A stretch of 64,000 nucleotides of DNA from an uncultured Candidatus Saccharibacteria bacterium. GTDB lineage: Bacteria > Patescibacteriota > UBA1384 > CAILIB01 > JAUSJZ01. The notes under the pieces are model-generated. The model was not told the DNA's origin. It saw only the letters and a program-made list of their open reading frames with translations, and did not search any database. Location of the stretch: positions 165-64,164 of the forward strand of contig CAYQWZ010000006.1 in the NCBI GenBank assembly GCA_964421635.1, read 5' to 3'. Shown piece by piece: positions 9,029 through 18,309 of the stretch. Position 1 is the stretch's first letter, and the number at the start of each line of letters is the position of its first letter. Position numbers and translations under genes: made by a program.

Positions 9029-9538
9029 ATGCAAGGTATTTTGCGCTATGCAAGCCAAAAGAGGAAAAATTCCCTAAAACAGGATAAAATAAAGCTAATG
9101 ACAGATTTTGTAGTTAAACCGCAACTAGATGAAAATCCTCTTGGGGAAGGGGCAAAAAAGGATTTTGCACCGGCGTCGAAACAGGTGCCCAAAATTGGTG
9201 CCAGTCAGAATCTAGATGAAATTCCAGAGCAAAAAGCGAATGAAGGAGGATTTTTGGTTAATCCGGCGGGGGTGCCCAAGGAACAAGATTCAGCCGAAAA
9301 TGCGGCCGAAAAATTTAATAAAAGAGATAAGGTACGGGTGCAATCCAGAGCTCAGGCTTATGATCCTTATTCTAGAGAGAATTTCTATATCTCTGCTCAT
9401 TCGATGGGGGTGGTGGTGCCCAGTTTAGATCCGCGAGGAGTGTTAAAAAACAATGTCACTATAATGTTGACCTCGCCAGACAACGGTAGTGGGCGAATTG
9501 TGCAAATTGAAGCAAGGCATTTAGTAAAACAGAGCTAA
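9029..9538 (+). CDS. Hypothetical protein
   Basis: 169-aa ORF with AAAGGGG SD-like upstream; no recognisable domain. Confidence 0.4.
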   Translation: MQGILRYASQKRKNSLKQDKIKLMTDFVVKPQLDENPLGEGAKKDFAPASKQVPKIGASQNLDEIPEQKANEGGFLVNPAGVPKEQDSAENAAEKFNKRDKVRVQSRAQAYDPYSRENFYISAHSMGVVVPSLDPRGVLKNNVTIMLTSPDNGSGRIVQIEARHLVKQS

Positions 9539-9815
9539 CAAACGGTTATTGAATTTAAGGATATCTTTTGTAGAAGCGCTGAAAAAAGGGCAGCAGTAAT
9601 TTACTTATTGACGAAGATTACAAAAAAATGACAAAATAGTTAGGTGTCAATAATTGCCAACAGGCAAGACACAGAAGAAGTAATAGAAGAAGATGAAGAT
9701 GATATTGAGGATGTTGATGGGGCGGCCAAGAAGAAGAAAGCCGCGTCTATTTATTGCCGGATTCGAGTTCAGGCGGTACTTCGCCACTCGTGGGCGGTAG
9801 ATTCGCGGTGCTAGG

Positions 9816-9843
9816 CGCCGGCTCGCTGAGTCGGCGTTTTTTT
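9816..9843 (+). terminator. Orphan rho-independent terminator-like hairpin plus T7 run, ~280 nt downstream of nearest plus-strand gene
   Basis: cgccggctc-gctg-agtcggcg followed by ttttttt. Confidence 0.45.
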
Positions 9844-9898
9844 AATGGCAATCATATTGACAACAGTTAATTATAACGGTTGAATGGCAGTACGGATG

Positions 9899-9922
9899 CA
9901 GATTAGTCGGCTAATCTGTTTT
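9899..9922 (+). terminator. Second hairpin plus T-run in 5' leader of gene 9991 (possible attenuator)
   Basis: cagattag-tcgg-ctaatctg then tttt; followed by a further small hairpin (ccgcc-atcg-ggcgg) just before the GAGGAG SD of 9991. Confidence 0.4.
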
Positions 9923-9990
9923 GAACCTTCCTTGCGAGTAAATTGTTTCCCGCCATCGGGCGGAGGAAATGATTTACCGAGGAGAACAAC

Positions 9991-10779
9991 ATGAGTAGAC
10001 CGAGACCGTGTACATTGGTAACCGCGATGGGCTTGGGTGCGAATTTCTTTTCTTCAATGGCTAAGCTTCTGGCACCATTTTGTGGTGATGTTCCGAGCAA
10101 TGTTGATGCTTTGCTGCGGTTTGCTTGCACGGGTGTCAGCGATGATAACGCTGAATTGCTGACAAGGTTGATGGTTATCTTGGTTGACTTTGACCCTGAG
10201 TCGAGTTGGCAAGCGATAAATCCTTGTAGAAACGAATTTTTAGTATCTAGCCATAAAGAAGCGATGGTCCGGTATGGAGAATGGCCGCGTGAAGGTGATA
10301 GGGATATACCATTTAGATTGATTTCGCTGGCTGGGAAAGGTCTTCTAATCAACATTGGACCAGATCAATATGAGCCTAGACCTGATACTGGTGAGATGAA
10401 TTACGATAGCTTGGTCAGTTCTCTTTCACTTTTTCACACAGGAATGTTTCAGTTTGCTTATCCGGTTGAAGTGTTGGGTTGTTTGATAGCAAAACTAAGA
10501 AAAGCTAAGTTTGTAGACGAAGACCCCAATGCTTGGCGACAAATGCGAACAGAGCTGCTTGCTCTGGGAGCAGTGACAGACCTTGGTCATGGGCCTCTAG
10601 TTGACACAAATCACTTTAGGCAAGCTTACGATACTGAGAGAAGGTTGGGGAGTTTTTACTTTGTTGGTATCAGGGTAGTCGATGAGTTGACTCTGCTTTG
10701 TTCTTTGCACGCCTGTGACCAACCGATAACGGAAGATCAGGTTGTGCCTCTGGTGGTAAGGGATTCTTTCTACCGTTAA
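9991..10779 (+). CDS. Hypothetical protein (Cys-containing, no known domain)
   Basis: Strong SD GAGGAG 7 nt upstream of ATG; 262 aa; GC somewhat above neighbours. Confidence 0.5.
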   Translation: MSRPRPCTLVTAMGLGANFFSSMAKLLAPFCGDVPSNVDALLRFACTGVSDDNAELLTRLMVILVDFDPESSWQAINPCRNEFLVSSHKEAMVRYGEWPREGDRDIPFRLISLAGKGLLINIGPDQYEPRPDTGEMNYDSLVSSLSLFHTGMFQFAYPVEVLGCLIAKLRKAKFVDEDPNAWRQMRTELLALGAVTDLGHGPLVDTNHFRQAYDTERRLGSFYFVGIRVVDELTLLCSLHACDQPITEDQVVPLVVRDSFYR

Positions 10780-10856
10780 TCCTTCCGTTTCGAACTTCGG
10801 CCTCGAGCACGCGCTTGGGGTTTTTTTATTTTCTGAAATTACCATAGAATGTAATT

Positions 10857-11129
10857 ATGCAAAGATTAACAGCAAAAATTTACGGTCAGGTACAAGGAGT
10901 TTTTTATCGGCGGTTTGTAACTAAGGGAGCGCGGAAACTGAATTTGACCGGCTGGGTTAAAAATACCGAAGATGGCGCGGTCGAAATAATGGCCGAAGGA
11001 ACAGAAGAGAATCTATTACTTTTTTTAGACAGTCTGCACGAAGGGTCACCCGCTTCGCAAGTTGAGCGAGTAGAAGACGAATGGCAGGCGGCCACGGGCG
11101 AGTTCCCAAACTTTCAACAGTTATGCTAG
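10857..11129 (+). CDS. acyP: Acylphosphatase
   Basis: GQVQGVFYRRFV...GWVKNTEDGAVEIMAEG, the classic acylphosphatase signature; 90 aa. Confidence 0.8.
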   Translation: MQRLTAKIYGQVQGVFYRRFVTKGARKLNLTGWVKNTEDGAVEIMAEGTEENLLLFLDSLHEGSPASQVERVEDEWQAATGEFPNFQQLC

Positions 11130-11141
11130 AGTTAAACCGGT

Positions 11142-12572
11142 ATGACCGATAAGAAAAAAGATAAATTTTATATTACCACCGCCATTCCTTATATGAATGC
11201 CCAAATCCATGTGGGTAATTCTTTGGAGTATGTACAAACCGATTGTATTGCGCGAGCGGCTCGGCTAGCTGGTCTTAAAACTTGGTTTTTGACGGGCACG
11301 GACGAGCATGGTCAAAAAATTGCCGATACCGCTAAAGCCAATAAATTAGAGCCAGCTGAATTTGTGCAGCAGAATGTCGATTACTTTCAGAAAGCACTCA
11401 AACACCTCAATATTTCTAACGACGATTTTATTCGCACGACAGATAAGAAGCGCCACTGGCCCGTAGTGAAAGCGTTTTGGAATAAACTGAAAAAAAATGG
11501 TGACATCTACGAAAAAGAGTATGAAGGATTATACTGCGTCGGATGCGAGAGTTTCATTTCTAAAAGCGAGCTAGGCTCAGACGGAAACTGCACAATCCAT
11601 AAAAAAAAACCAGAACTAGTCAAAGAGCAGAATTACTTTTTTAAACTGTCTAAATATGAAGATGAGATTTTAGACTTTTTAGAGCACCATGTTGAGCCCC
11701 GCTGGCGAGCCAACGAGATGATAAACTTTGTCAAAGAAGGATTAGAGGACATTTCATTCTCGCGGCCGAAAGAGAAATTAAGCTGGGGAATTCCGGTGCC
11801 AAACGATGACTCGCAGGTAATTTATGTTTGGTGTGATGCGCTAGTTAATTATCTATCCGCCGTTTCAACGGTGAAAGATAACGAAATTATTCCTAATGAG
11901 TACTGGCCAGCTGATATTCATGTGGTCGGCAAAGATATCGTCAAATTTCACACGCTGTACTGGCCAGCTATGCTTACTTCTGTTGGGCTGCCGTTGCCGG
12001 AAAAAGTTTTAATTCACGGATTTATCACTATTAACGGGCATAAAATTAGCAAATCTTTAGGCAATGTTATTTCACCTATGCAGGCTACGGAAAAGTTTGG
12101 AGTAGATGCGCTGCGTTACTACTTTTTGCGTGAAATTCCGACCGTCGATGACGGTGATTTTTCCTTTGACCATTTGGCGGAAATTTACAATGGTGTCTTA
12201 GCCGACAGCCTAGGTAATTTGGTGCAGCGACTTTTGGTAATGGCTAATAAATATGAAGTAAAATGGCAGTTTGCAAAGTTAGAGCCGGATGCCGAAATTT
12301 TACGCACAGTTTACAAAGAGTTAAAAATACAAAAGGCAATTGGCGCATTATTTTCCCAAATTGATAATTTGAATAAGGAAATTCAAGAGTTAGCCCCGTG
12401 GGAACTGTTCAAGACGGATGCAGAAAAAACTAGAATTGAGCTAGAATATTTGCTGTCAAAGTTAGCGGTGATAGCAGTAACCTTGGAACCGTTTATGCCA
12501 GCTACTGCAGTTGAAATTCAAAAACAGCTAGAAACTAGAGAGCCAAAACCGATCTTTAATAAAGTACAATAG
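11142..12572 (+). CDS. metG: Methionyl-tRNA synthetase
   Basis: N-terminal class I synthetase HIGH-region equivalent (ITTAIPYMNAQIHVGN), KISKSLGN (KMSKS). Confidence 0.9.
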   Translation: MTDKKKDKFYITTAIPYMNAQIHVGNSLEYVQTDCIARAARLAGLKTWFLTGTDEHGQKIADTAKANKLEPAEFVQQNVDYFQKALKHLNISNDDFIRTTDKKRHWPVVKAFWNKLKKNGDIYEKEYEGLYCVGCESFISKSELGSDGNCTIHKKKPELVKEQNYFFKLSKYEDEILDFLEHHVEPRWRANEMINFVKEGLEDISFSRPKEKLSWGIPVPNDDSQVIYVWCDALVNYLSAVSTVKDNEIIPNEYWPADIHVVGKDIVKFHTLYWPAMLTSVGLPLPEKVLIHGFITINGHKISKSLGNVISPMQATEKFGVDALRYYFLREIPTVDDGDFSFDHLAEIYNGVLADSLGNLVQRLLVMANKYEVKWQFAKLEPDAEILRTVYKELKIQKAIGALFSQIDNLNKEIQELAPWELFKTDAEKTRIELEYLLSKLAVIAVTLEPFMPATAVEIQKQLETREPKPIFNKVQ

Positions 12573-12576
12573 AATC

Positions 12577-13425
12577 ATGAATCCTTTTTTATTACAGGTC
12601 ATTGCGACCGCGTTGTTTGCGGTTGCTTTAGTTAAAGATAAAAGCAACATTTCTCGCTTCAAAATAAAACCGCGTGAGTATACCTTTATGGTCTTCTCTT
12701 ACTTGGTTGTTTTTTCAGCTGTGGTTGCTTTTTTTACGGCTGACATCCACTGGTCTTTGCTAGCCCAGCCTAAATATTATTTTGGATTTATCGCGCTGGT
12801 AGTTTTGGCTTTCGGTTGGAATAAACTTTTTTATTACTTTGAAGACCGCGAGCAGCTGCAAGATTTTGAAGTCGTTAACTTAACTGTTCCGGCTTTTACG
12901 GCGCTTCTGGGTGGAATTGTTTTTCCTGAAGAGCGTAGCTTAATTGTTTTCGTTGGTGTAATAGTATCACTTATAGCACTATATATGGCACGCGCGCATC
13001 TGCGTCAGTTTAAAATTAACAAATACACTAAAACGATGCTTTTTATGGTGGTGGTGATGGCCGCCGAGACAGTACTGAGAAAAGTTTTGTTAGATGTGTT
13101 TGATCCGGCGACGCTATATTTCTTTAGAGTTTTATTTGTTTGGTTTTTACTCTATCTGTTTTATCGGCCGTGTCGTTTACCACGAGATCTTAAAGTTTGG
13201 GGACATACTGCAATCTCTAATATTTTTGGAGTAACAGCTATGATTATTATGTTTTACGGATACATAGAAATTGGTGTGATTTTAACTACCATGGTCTTTT
13301 TATTAAATCCTATATTAGTTTACATACTTGATTCATTCGTTTTGAAAGAGAAAATTCGAATGAAAAATATTTATGCTTCATTAGTGATCTTAGCGGCTAT
13401 CACACTTGTTGCTATATTAAGTTAA
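12577..13425 (+). CDS. Integral membrane protein, hypothetical (multi-TM)
   Basis: Many hydrophobic segments; between metG and tatD. Confidence 0.45.
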   Translation: MNPFLLQVIATALFAVALVKDKSNISRFKIKPREYTFMVFSYLVVFSAVVAFFTADIHWSLLAQPKYYFGFIALVVLAFGWNKLFYYFEDREQLQDFEVVNLTVPAFTALLGGIVFPEERSLIVFVGVIVSLIALYMARAHLRQFKINKYTKTMLFMVVVMAAETVLRKVLLDVFDPATLYFFRVLFVWFLLYLFYRPCRLPRDLKVWGHTAISNIFGVTAMIIMFYGYIEIGVILTTMVFLLNPILVYILDSFVLKEKIRMKNIYASLVILAAITLVAILS

Positions 13426-14207
13426 TGGTAGACACACATTGTCATTTAGATTTTGATCCATTCAATTATCATGAGGTGGAGTTTTTGAAGCGCGCGGCGG
13501 CCAGAGGTGTGACTACGATAATAAACCCAGGGACGGGCTTAATTGAATCGGAGCGCGCGGTTGCTTTGGCGCGGAAATTTCCCAATGTTTATGCGGCGGT
13601 TGGTATTCATCCGACTTCGGCCCGTGGATTTGACATTACTATGGCCGAAACTTTTCGCGGTTTAGCTGAGCGGGAAAAAGTGGTAGCTATTGGTGAAGTA
13701 GGATTAGACTATTTTCAACTCAAAAATAAACCAGACGAAGTGCCGCCAGCTCGCGAGCAGCAAATAGTTTTTGAACAGTTCTGCTCGCTTGCTGCAGATT
13801 TAAAATTGCCTGTCATTGTTCATTCTCGCGAAGCTATAGAAGACGCTCTACAAATTGCCAAAGGATACATTAGGGATATCAACTTCGTCTTTCACTCTTT
13901 TGACGGCACCCGCGCTCAGGCAGCTGCTATTTTAGACGCGGGTGCCTACATTGGCGTCAACAATATGATTTCGTACCCGAAAAACGAAGAGCTGCGGCGT
14001 ATTGTTAAAGAAATTCCACTTGATAAAATTCTATTAGAAACAGATGCGCCATTTTTGCCACCACAAGAGAGGCGAGGCGAGCACGCCGAGCCGGCCGATG
14101 CAGCTAATGTGGCCGAAGTAATTGCGGAAATTCGAAATATTACTGTGCCAATAGTTGAACGATCAACTAATAACGCTGTCAAAACAGTTTTTAATATAGA
14201 GGTCTAG
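13425..14207 (+). CDS. tatD: TatD-family metal-dependent hydrolase/DNase
   Basis: MVDTHCHLDF start, HSR.., LETDAPFL motifs; conserved metG-tatD synteny. Confidence 0.85.
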   Translation: MVDTHCHLDFDPFNYHEVEFLKRAAARGVTTIINPGTGLIESERAVALARKFPNVYAAVGIHPTSARGFDITMAETFRGLAEREKVVAIGEVGLDYFQLKNKPDEVPPAREQQIVFEQFCSLAADLKLPVIVHSREAIEDALQIAKGYIRDINFVFHSFDGTRAQAAAILDAGAYIGVNNMISYPKNEELRRIVKEIPLDKILLETDAPFLPPQERRGEHAEPADAANVAEVIAEIRNITVPIVERSTNNAVKTVFNIEV

Positions 14208-14566
14208 ACAGTTTTTTCGCTGAGAGTGGCGGAGAATTTGAATTTATAAACTTTTCCGTCTGGCATCTCAATCTCAGATTTACCAACTTTTGAAAAATGA
14301 ACAGCTAATTCTTGCGATAATATTTCGCGTTCTTCTCGTAACTCTTTGGCTGTCTCTTTCATCTTCTCTTTTAATTTGGCGGTCTTTGGCTCATTTAAAA
14401 TTTGGTCTTTCACCAGATTGTATTCACGCGTCATGTGTTTTTTTTGCTCTTTTAGTTCGCGATATTCATCACTGTTTTCTAAAGTGTCATCAATCATATT
14501 CTTCAGCTCTTTAGCCTCGGTTTTTAGTTTCTCAATAATCGCAATCCGTTTAGTTGTTGATGACAT
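14204..14566 (-). CDS. Hypothetical K/E-rich coiled-coil protein
   Basis: 120-aa ORF, highly charged; convergent with tatD. Confidence 0.35.
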   Translation of the reverse strand: MSSTTKRIAIIEKLKTEAKELKNMIDDTLENSDEYRELKEQKKHMTREYNLVKDQILNEPKTAKLKEKMKETAKELREEREILSQELAVHFSKVGKSEIEMPDGKVYKFKFSATLSEKTV

Positions 14567-14647
14567 AATTAGAATTTATTTTTACAAGTTTCAGTATAGC
14601 AAAAGGATTGAGAGGAGATAATTTATATATGATAAACTAAAGTCACT

Positions 14648-15328
14648 ATGAAAAACGAAAATACAGTCATTGTGGCAATTGTTATTGCCACCGTAATAAT
14701 TTTAGGAAGTCTAATATTTATTGGTAATCGTTCGGCTGACTCTTCATCATCAGCTAGTTCAGCTGCCGAAGAAGTGCAAAATTTTTCAGAAGATTTAGAG
14801 ATAGGCGACATATATAATGAGGGTGATTATATGAGCGGCAATATTGACGCCAAAGTAGCCATCGTTGAATTTTCAGATTTTGAATGTCCTTACTGTATTC
14901 TCGCTCATCCGGAGATAAAAAATTTGCGTGATCGTTTTTCTGAAGATGATTTGCTAATTGTATTTCGCCATATTCCGTTAGTGGAAATTCACGAACAAGC
15001 TTACCCAGCGGCGATTGCTGCTCAAGCGGCTACCAATCAAGGGAAATTTAGTGAGTTTGCCGACGCACTGTTTGCTAATTCGGCTAATCTTTCCGAATCC
15101 TTCTATTTAGAGCTGGCACAAGATTTGGGGCTTAATATTGATCAGTTCAATGTTGATAGAGAATCTGAAGAAACGAAGTGGCAGGCTTATCGGGCACGCG
15201 ATTTTATTGATAAAATAGGATTCGACTTAGTAACGCCAACAATCTTTTTGAATAATCGTGAATATCAGGGGGAGCGAACTACAGATGCTATGGCGGAAGC
15301 CATTGAGCTTGAACTTGCTCAAGAATAA
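14648..15328 (+). CDS. DsbA-like thiol:disulfide oxidoreductase (thioredoxin fold) with N-terminal TM anchor
   Basis: FECPYC active-site CxxC; hydrophobic N-terminus. Confidence 0.7.
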   Translation: MKNENTVIVAIVIATVIILGSLIFIGNRSADSSSSASSAAEEVQNFSEDLEIGDIYNEGDYMSGNIDAKVAIVEFSDFECPYCILAHPEIKNLRDRFSEDDLLIVFRHIPLVEIHEQAYPAAIAAQAATNQGKFSEFADALFANSANLSESFYLELAQDLGLNIDQFNVDRESEETKWQAYRARDFIDKIGFDLVTPTIFLNNREYQGERTTDAMAEAIELELAQE

Positions 15329-15342
15329 TATTAAAGAAGTAT

Positions 15343-15492
15343 ATGAAGAAGCAGCTTGGAGGAGAGTTATCTTCTGAGGTTGAAGTAATGTTGTCGCAAG
15401 AAGGTTTGAATGCTGCTATGTCGCTAGCGTTTGGCATGCTTGCTAATGAAGGATTTGACCCAGAAGAAGTCTTAGCTGAAATGTTTGAATAA
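15343..15492 (+). CDS. Possible small acidic protein (49 aa), not in ORF track
   Basis: ATG..TAA ORF MKKQLGGELSSEVEVMLSQEGLNAAMSLAFGMLANEGFDPEEVLAEMFE fills the gap between two genes; weak SD. Confidence 0.2.
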   Translation: MKKQLGGELSSEVEVMLSQEGLNAAMSLAFGMLANEGFDPEEVLAEMFE

Positions 15493-15544
15493 GGTTGATT
15501 ATTCAAATTATTTTATTTATACTTTTCGTGAGAGGAGCTAGGGT

Positions 15545-15814
15545 ATGTGGGAGGAACATGAGCAGACAGTAATAACACTCCGAAGGTTGTGGTTAATGCT
15601 TTCTGATTGCGAAGGATGGCCTGCACTTCTCGGTGTTTTGACTGCTTTTATTTTGTTGGTTTGGGCAGCGAACCATTCGTCAACGATAGTAGCTGTAATA
15701 GCTATCGCTGTATTGTCTATATGCTTGGTTGTTTTGCCAATTGTTACTCATTGCGTCTACATCAAATACGATGCGGCCAGACGAGGCTCAATGCCACCTT
15801 CTCATGGAAGGTAG
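15545..15814 (+). CDS. Small membrane protein, hypothetical
   Basis: GAGGAG SD; two predicted TM segments; 89 aa. Confidence 0.4.
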   Translation: MWEEHEQTVITLRRLWLMLSDCEGWPALLGVLTAFILLVWAANHSSTIVAVIAIAVLSICLVVLPIVTHCVYIKYDAARRGSMPPSHGR

Positions 15815-15821
15815 CGTAACT

Positions 15822-15854
15822 TACCCGTAGCTAATTCAGCTGGCGGGTTTTTTA
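15822..15854 (+). terminator. Rho-independent terminator
   Basis: acccg..agc/gct..cgggt stem followed by tttttt; sequence-similar to terminator at 16445. Confidence 0.55.
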
Positions 15855-15894
15855 GTTGCCAAAAGTTGAATAATTGCTATGGTAGCAGAAGGAG

Positions 15895-16431
15895 GTGAGG
15901 AATATGACACAGGAACGGGAACCAATCCTCTTTGAGACAGTAGAGCCCGCGGAAGTAGAGATCGAAGACCGAGTCGTAGCTGGCCGAATAGAACAGGTCA
16001 CAGTTGCTCGCAGACAGCTTGAAGCGCTGGAAAGCTCTTTGAGGAATTTGAGGGAACAGTGCGGGGAGATAGGACATACTTGGACACGCTTGGTAAAAGA
16101 TAGACCATTGACGCTATCTATTACTCCAATCGGCGATGGCAGTTGGCGAATGATGGATCTTGATTACTTCGCACCACATATGGTCTGTACCAAGTGTGGA
16201 ATAGAGCAGACTCTTGAAGTTGGTGAGCTGTGTCCAATCTGTTTGACAGGAATGCGATCATTCCCTATTTCAGATCGTCGAAGAGCTGATGAATCTGATC
16301 AAATTCAAGCCTGTCTAAATGGTAGACTTACTCATCTTACTTGGCCAGAAAATACTCCACTTTCCTATTACGTTTGCGAGCGGTGCAGAGTGTTTGTCTG
16401 GAGGGTGCACAAAAGGCCGCGGGATCAGTAG
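15895..16431 (+). CDS. Hypothetical Cys-rich protein (CxxC...CxxC zinc-finger-like)
   Basis: Strong SD AGGAGGTGAGG; CTKCG, CPIC and CERC pairs; 178 aa. Confidence 0.45.
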   Translation: MRNMTQEREPILFETVEPAEVEIEDRVVAGRIEQVTVARRQLEALESSLRNLREQCGEIGHTWTRLVKDRPLTLSITPIGDGSWRMMDLDYFAPHMVCTKCGIEQTLEVGELCPICLTGMRSFPISDRRRADESDQIQACLNGRLTHLTWPENTPLSYYVCERCRVFVWRVHKRPRDQ

Positions 16432-16444
16432 AGCGTACAATCTT

Positions 16445-16475
16445 ACCCGTTCGGCCAATAGGTCGGCGGGTTTTT
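16445..16475 (+). terminator. Rho-independent terminator (paralogous to 15822 element)
   Basis: cttacccgt...ggcgggttttt shared with the 15822 element. Confidence 0.55.
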
Positions 16476-16492
16476 AAATATAAGATTTTTAG

Positions 16493-17650
16493 TTGAAAAA
16501 TAACCAAATTTTGGCTAAACTAGCTGCGATGTCAGATAAGCCAAAGCAAAAAGTAATAGTAATGATGAGCGGCGGAGTAGATAGCTCTGTGGCCGCTTTG
16601 TTATTGAAAAAAGATGGCAATGATGTCGAGGGCGTTTTTATGAAAAACTGGAGTCCAAATAATTTGCAATCCCTAACAGATTGTCCTTGGAAGCAAGATT
16701 TGAAGGATGCAGAAGCGGTCGCCAAACAGCTAGATATTCCTTTTCGATCAGTCAATTTTGAGAAAGAGTATCGCTCTGAGGTGGTCGATTATTTCTTACG
16801 CGAATATAAAGCGGGGCGGACGCCAAATCCTGATGTGATGTGCAACAAAGCTATTAAGTTTGGCGCTTTCTATAAGTGGGCGCGGAAGCAGGGTGCCGAT
16901 TTTATAGCCACCGGTCATTACGCGCGGATTTTTGAAACTAGTGGGCAGAAACTTGTGTCGCGCGGAATTGATAAAAACAAAGATCAATCTTACTTTCTTT
17001 GGGCTATTAAGCCTGAAATTTTAAAGCATACTATATTTCCCATAGGTGAATTGAAAAAGACACAGGTACGACAAATTGCTAAAAAAGCCAAACTGAAAGT
17101 TGCTAACAAAAAAGATAGTCAGGGAATCTGTTTTATTGGCCATATAAATTTAGCTGAATTTTTACAAGCAGAGCTAGGTACTAAAGAAGGATTAGTTAAA
17201 ACTATCAAAGGCTCAATAGTCGGTCGTCATAGTGGCGCTCATATTTTAACCATTGGTCAGCGCCACGGCTTCGAAATTACTAATCCTAAAGCATTGGCCA
17301 AAGATCTAAATTTAGATGCTACTAATCTACCACCTTTATTTGTAATAGCTAAAGATATCGAGAAAAATGAAATAATAATTGGATCTCATAGTGAGGTGGA
17401 ACTGTTGCGAGATGAATTTATAGTTAAAGATGTCATTTGGCATCAAAAACCAAATCCTAATCAAAATTTGAAAGTACAAATTAGATATCGCGGTGTTGCT
17501 ATAAAATGTACAGTTGTGGATAAAGGAAGAAATATTATTGTTAAAAGTGTAAAAAAAATTCGAGCACTGGCACCGGGTCAGTTCGCCGTCTTTTATCAAT
17601 CAGATAATAAAAACGAATTTATAGTTGGCGGCGGTACTATAGTGGAATAA
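16493..17650 (+). CDS. mnmA: tRNA-specific 2-thiouridylase MnmA
   Basis: PP-loop VIVMMSGGVDSSVAA; MnmA-like length and motifs. Confidence 0.9.
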   Translation: MKNNQILAKLAAMSDKPKQKVIVMMSGGVDSSVAALLLKKDGNDVEGVFMKNWSPNNLQSLTDCPWKQDLKDAEAVAKQLDIPFRSVNFEKEYRSEVVDYFLREYKAGRTPNPDVMCNKAIKFGAFYKWARKQGADFIATGHYARIFETSGQKLVSRGIDKNKDQSYFLWAIKPEILKHTIFPIGELKKTQVRQIAKKAKLKVANKKDSQGICFIGHINLAEFLQAELGTKEGLVKTIKGSIVGRHSGAHILTIGQRHGFEITNPKALAKDLNLDATNLPPLFVIAKDIEKNEIIIGSHSEVELLRDEFIVKDVIWHQKPNPNQNLKVQIRYRGVAIKCTVVDKGRNIIVKSVKKIRALAPGQFAVFYQSDNKNEFIVGGGTIVE

Positions 17651-17707
17651 TTTTTTACATAGCCAAATATTTGGTATACTTAGAAAGCTAAAAAGTAAAA
17701 ATTAGAA

Positions 17708-18217
17708 ATGAATAAAATTATTCAGTTGTTAATAGTTCTTGTGGTAATCGTTGGTGTTGGCTACGCTGCTTTTACTTCAATAGGTGGTGGTGGCTCAGAT
17801 TTAATCCCTTCATCTGATAAAGCAGCCAAAGAAGGATATTCAGCAGTTTTTCTAGATAACGATCAAGTATACTTTGGTAAGATCGCAACTTCGGGTAAAG
17901 TATTAATTCTTACAGACATATTTTATATCCGTTTGAATGACCCACAACCACAACAAGAAGGGGAAGAGGCTATTGAACCTCAGTTGACTTTAGTTAAGCT
18001 TGGAGAACAGATTCATGGCCCTGTAGATGAGATGCGCATTAATAAAGAACATGTTTTATTTGTTGAGCGCTTAACAGATGAGGCCACAGTTGTAAAAGCA
18101 ATCGCTGAATATAAAGATAGTCAGAAAAATTCTTCATCTGAAACTCCAATCAAGACGGAACCAGCTGCTGCTGAAACTCCTGCCGCTGACACGACTCCTG
18201 CTGATACAACTGAGTAA
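17708..18217 (+). CDS. Membrane-anchored hypothetical protein with Pro/Thr/Ala-rich C-terminus
   Basis: N-terminal TM helix; low-complexity PAAAETPAADTTPADTTE tail. Confidence 0.4.
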   Translation: MNKIIQLLIVLVVIVGVGYAAFTSIGGGGSDLIPSSDKAAKEGYSAVFLDNDQVYFGKIATSGKVLILTDIFYIRLNDPQPQQEGEEAIEPQLTLVKLGEQIHGPVDEMRINKEHVLFVERLTDEATVVKAIAEYKDSQKNSSSETPIKTEPAAAETPAADTTPADTTE

Positions 18218-18230
18218 TCATCATAATAAA

Positions 18231-18260
18231 AAAGCATCCGTAAGTACTGGGTGCTTTTTT
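18231..18260 (+). terminator. Rho-independent terminator
   Basis: aaagcatcc-gtaagtact-gggtgcttt followed by tttttt. Confidence 0.6.
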
Positions 18261-18309
18261 AACAGTCAAATTTAGCAGTCGAAAAAATTTAATTTGCTAG
18301 CATATATTT

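Noticed and set aside
9740-9850. Possible tRNA or tmRNA 3' end (ggattcgagttcagg resembles a T-loop)
   Set aside because: No acceptor-stem or T-stem complementarity can be drawn and there is no CCA context, so this is not a tRNA.
14290-14621. Plus-strand ORFs 14290..14514 and 14346..14621
   Set aside because: They are antisense to the K/E-rich minus-strand gene and to the tatD 3' end and look like low-complexity artefacts.
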